Source: Seison nebaliae (taxonomy: Eukaryota). Taken from it: a stretch of 52,451 nt of DNA. Each line of letters opens with the position of its first letter. The stretch's first letter is position 1. The DNA is taken from the NCBI GenBank assembly GCA_023231475.1, contig JALJEE010000150.1, forward strand, positions 1 through 52,451, given 5' to 3'. This document shows, in pieces, positions 50,243 to 52,451 of this stretch. The notes under the pieces were generated by a model. It did not search any database. It saw only the letters and a list, made by a program, of their open reading frames with translations, and was not told the origin of the DNA. The translations under genes and the position numbers were made by a program.

Positions 50243-51346
50243 ATGACGTCGAAGAATTCTGACCTAATCATCCGTGTCGGTTCATCTAATTCTAAGGAGA
50301 TGGTGGCTGCTCTAGAGAACATAGAGAAGAATCTAATAGATAACGGACAGCCTCCGAAGCGTAGTACAACAAAAAGAGGTCGATCTAGTTCGAGATCTGC
50401 CAGAGTGACGAACGGCCAGCTCCTCAGTGGAATTGTCAATCTGAAAGAAATATGGGAGGATAAAGTTTCGTTTTCGATCGATCAGATTCAGAAATCCCTG
50501 GATATTATCGTCAATAACCAGGCGGCTTATGTACGGGATATGAAAGAAGTTTTGGACAATCAACGTCGAGCGGTTGAAGAACAAAAAAGTAGAATCGAGA
50601 GAGAGGAAGAATTGACTTCTCGGTTCTCTGAACTTCTCGGAGTGGTTCGGAAAGTTACTGAACTGAAGGTTGTCGATAATTCCAAGGATCTTGAGGACGT
50701 AGTAATGGAAACTTCTTCCAATGCCGTAATTGCACCTAAACGTAATGTGAACCAAGAGTATCTTGATGCAGCGAAAAGGTCTATGCTGAACACGATCAGA
50801 ACCAAACAGAATTCTGCTTCCTTCGCAAAAACAGGGAAGGCTCAACGAAAAAGAAACCCTGAAGCTGTTTCTGTTTCAACCGCGAATCAGGATCACAATG
50901 ATAATAGGACCGTAGGTCTTAAGAAAAAACAACATCACCCAACCGTTAAATGTTCTGGTAACGAAGATCCTTTGATCACCACTGTTCGTAAAATTCCGGA
51001 ACAGGCGACGAGAAGAGTGATACTCTCCAGAATTGACCGAAGTATTCCATTGGAGAATATAAACAAATTCTTAATGGACCGAGATATAACGAGCCGTCAA
51101 ATTTCTCGAATATACAAGACAAGTGAAGGAGAACTGCTGAAGAATCGATCGTCAAAAGTGATAATCGCCATTGCCGCGTCGGAAGTTGAAGAAATATCAA
51201 AGGCCGATTTCTGGCCTTTAGGTGTGGAGATTCGTCCCTTCTTCTTTAACGATAAAACTAAAGAATTTCTAGATAAATGTTGCATACACTTGAAGGAAGC
51301 TCTGGCCTCTGCAACTACGGAAGATACAATAGTGAATATTCCTTGA
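50243..51346 (+). CDS. Non-LTR retrotransposon ORF1 (coiled coil plus C-terminal RRM-like domain), 367 aa
   Basis: Intronless and GC-richer than host DNA. The C-terminus RRVILSRI..SSKVII..ADFWPLGVEIRPFF is typical of CR1/L2-group ORF1. It is followed directly by an APE endonuclease frame. Confidence 0.8.
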   Translation: MTSKNSDLIIRVGSSNSKEMVAALENIEKNLIDNGQPPKRSTTKRGRSSSRSARVTNGQLLSGIVNLKEIWEDKVSFSIDQIQKSLDIIVNNQAAYVRDMKEVLDNQRRAVEEQKSRIEREEELTSRFSELLGVVRKVTELKVVDNSKDLEDVVMETSSNAVIAPKRNVNQEYLDAAKRSMLNTIRTKQNSASFAKTGKAQRKRNPEAVSVSTANQDHNDNRTVGLKKKQHHPTVKCSGNEDPLITTVRKIPEQATRRVILSRIDRSIPLENINKFLMDRDITSRQISRIYKTSEGELLKNRSSKVIIAIAASEVEEISKADFWPLGVEIRPFFFNDKTKEFLDKCCIHLKEALASATTEDTIVNIP

Positions 51347-52451
51347 CTCTCCCTGAGGAAAAGACTCTCTTCCCCAAATCTCAACAACTTAACTGACGAT
51401 ATTATTACCGTTATCTCATTTAACTCTCATGGTCTGCACGGGTTCTTGTCAGATTTCCAAAATTTTTTGAAGTATGATGTTATTTTCTTTCAAGAAACTT
51501 GGGTGGTATCTCTGCCTTTGTCTCTTAACGACATCTCTACACATTCGATTTGGGTATCACCAGCTATTCCTCCTAAGGGTTTAAGTGGTAAAGGAAGATT
51601 TTCTTCAGGAATGTTCATAATTGTTCGGAAGTCGTTAAACGCTTCTGAGTTCAGGATTCATTCTGATTCTATTTGTTCGATCAACGTTAATAATGTACTG
51701 TTTGTTAATTTTTATGGAGATAGCTACAGTAAGGTTACTTCAGTCATGATGTTGGAAGAGGTTCTTTCTCAAGATTGCATTGGCAAGAATTTCATTATTG
51801 CAGGTGACTTTAATCTCTCTCCTTCGAACATTAACCTGTTAGTGGACAGCGGGAAGAATCTTCTTTCCACGTATAATTGTTCTTTTATTGATCTTACTTT
51901 TTGTCATGAGTCATCCTATTCGTTTAAATCCTCAAACGGGCAGTCATGGATTGATCATTTTTTAATATCAAATAATTTATGTAACAAAGTAGAAGAGTGC
52001 TACATTTCCAATGACTTCATGTTATCTGATCATTTGGCTATTGTTATGAAAGTTAATTTACCGTCTGCTAGTCGTGAGAATGTCAAAAATTCCCTATGCG
52101 TTCCTATATGTAAAAACCCAAATTTTCTTCAATCGCAGATAGTGATTATAAATAATTATGATCGCCTCACATATGAAAACCTATTGGTTATAATAAAGTC
52201 TTCAGGTTCCGTCAGGAAAGTCCCAAAGCTAAAAGCATGTCTCCGGAATAGAAGAATCGCGAATTTTGATCGTATCCGTCACCTGAAAGGAGAAATGATT
52301 AGAGCTAATGGAGTGCATTTGGTAATAAATTCAGAAAGTTCGTTTAATGAGCGTAAACTCGCTAGGAGGTCATTTAGGCACGGAGTTAGAGACCTTATGA
52401 GGGAAAATGAAGAAAAGAGATATGAAGAGTTGATGGACGGCAGGAATTCTA
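51347..52451 (+). CDS. Non-LTR retrotransposon ORF2, AP-endonuclease domain; runs off the window
   Basis: Open frame to the end of the window with ISFNSHGL, DVIFFQETW, GRFSSG, IIAGDFN, SWIDHF and LSDH motifs. Confidence 0.92.

Larger units (their letters stand above)
50230..52451 (+). mobile_element. LINE (APE-type non-LTR retrotransposon, probably CR1/L2 group), 5' part
   Basis: ORF1 plus endonuclease ORF2, with an abrupt compositional shift near 50230. The 5' boundary is approximate. Confidence 0.88.

Noticed and set aside
1..52451. CRISPR arrays, tRNA or rRNA genes, prokaryotic operons
   Set aside because: None were recognised; the window is intron-containing animal DNA.

Overview
AT-rich, gene-dense eukaryotic (animal) DNA with very short spliceosomal introns, mostly 40-57 nt. 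A compact-genome invertebrate such as a rotifer-like spiralian is plausible but cannot be established from the window. I reconstructed spliced gene models by hand. In order: DEG/ENaC channel A (+), DRC1-like (+), MRPL43 (-), a ~3,800-aa PKD1/REJ-family receptor (+), a divergent FoxA/B-type forkhead gene (-), NAA30 (-), RPS4 (+), FKBP2 (+), a greatly expanded PALS1/MPP5/Stardust (-), ~5 kb without ORFs, TTI1 (+), PQBP1 (+), DEG/ENaC channel B (-, with a Tc1-derived foldback element in one intron), and the 5' part of an intact-looking non-LTR retrotransposon. Main observations: (1) about 90% of the introns I placed start GTT and about a third end AAG, and a perfect GTAAGT is apparently ignored, which suggests length-based splice-site choice; (2) the LINE ORF2 is in frame with ORF1 behind a single UGA-C and has no AUG before its catalytic residues; (3) TTI1 and PQBP1 are 58 nt apart and read either as a trans-spliced operon or as an in-frame spliced fusion; (4) PQBP1 lacks its spliceosome-binding YxxPxxVL tail. 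All exon structures are manual inferences and need RNA data.
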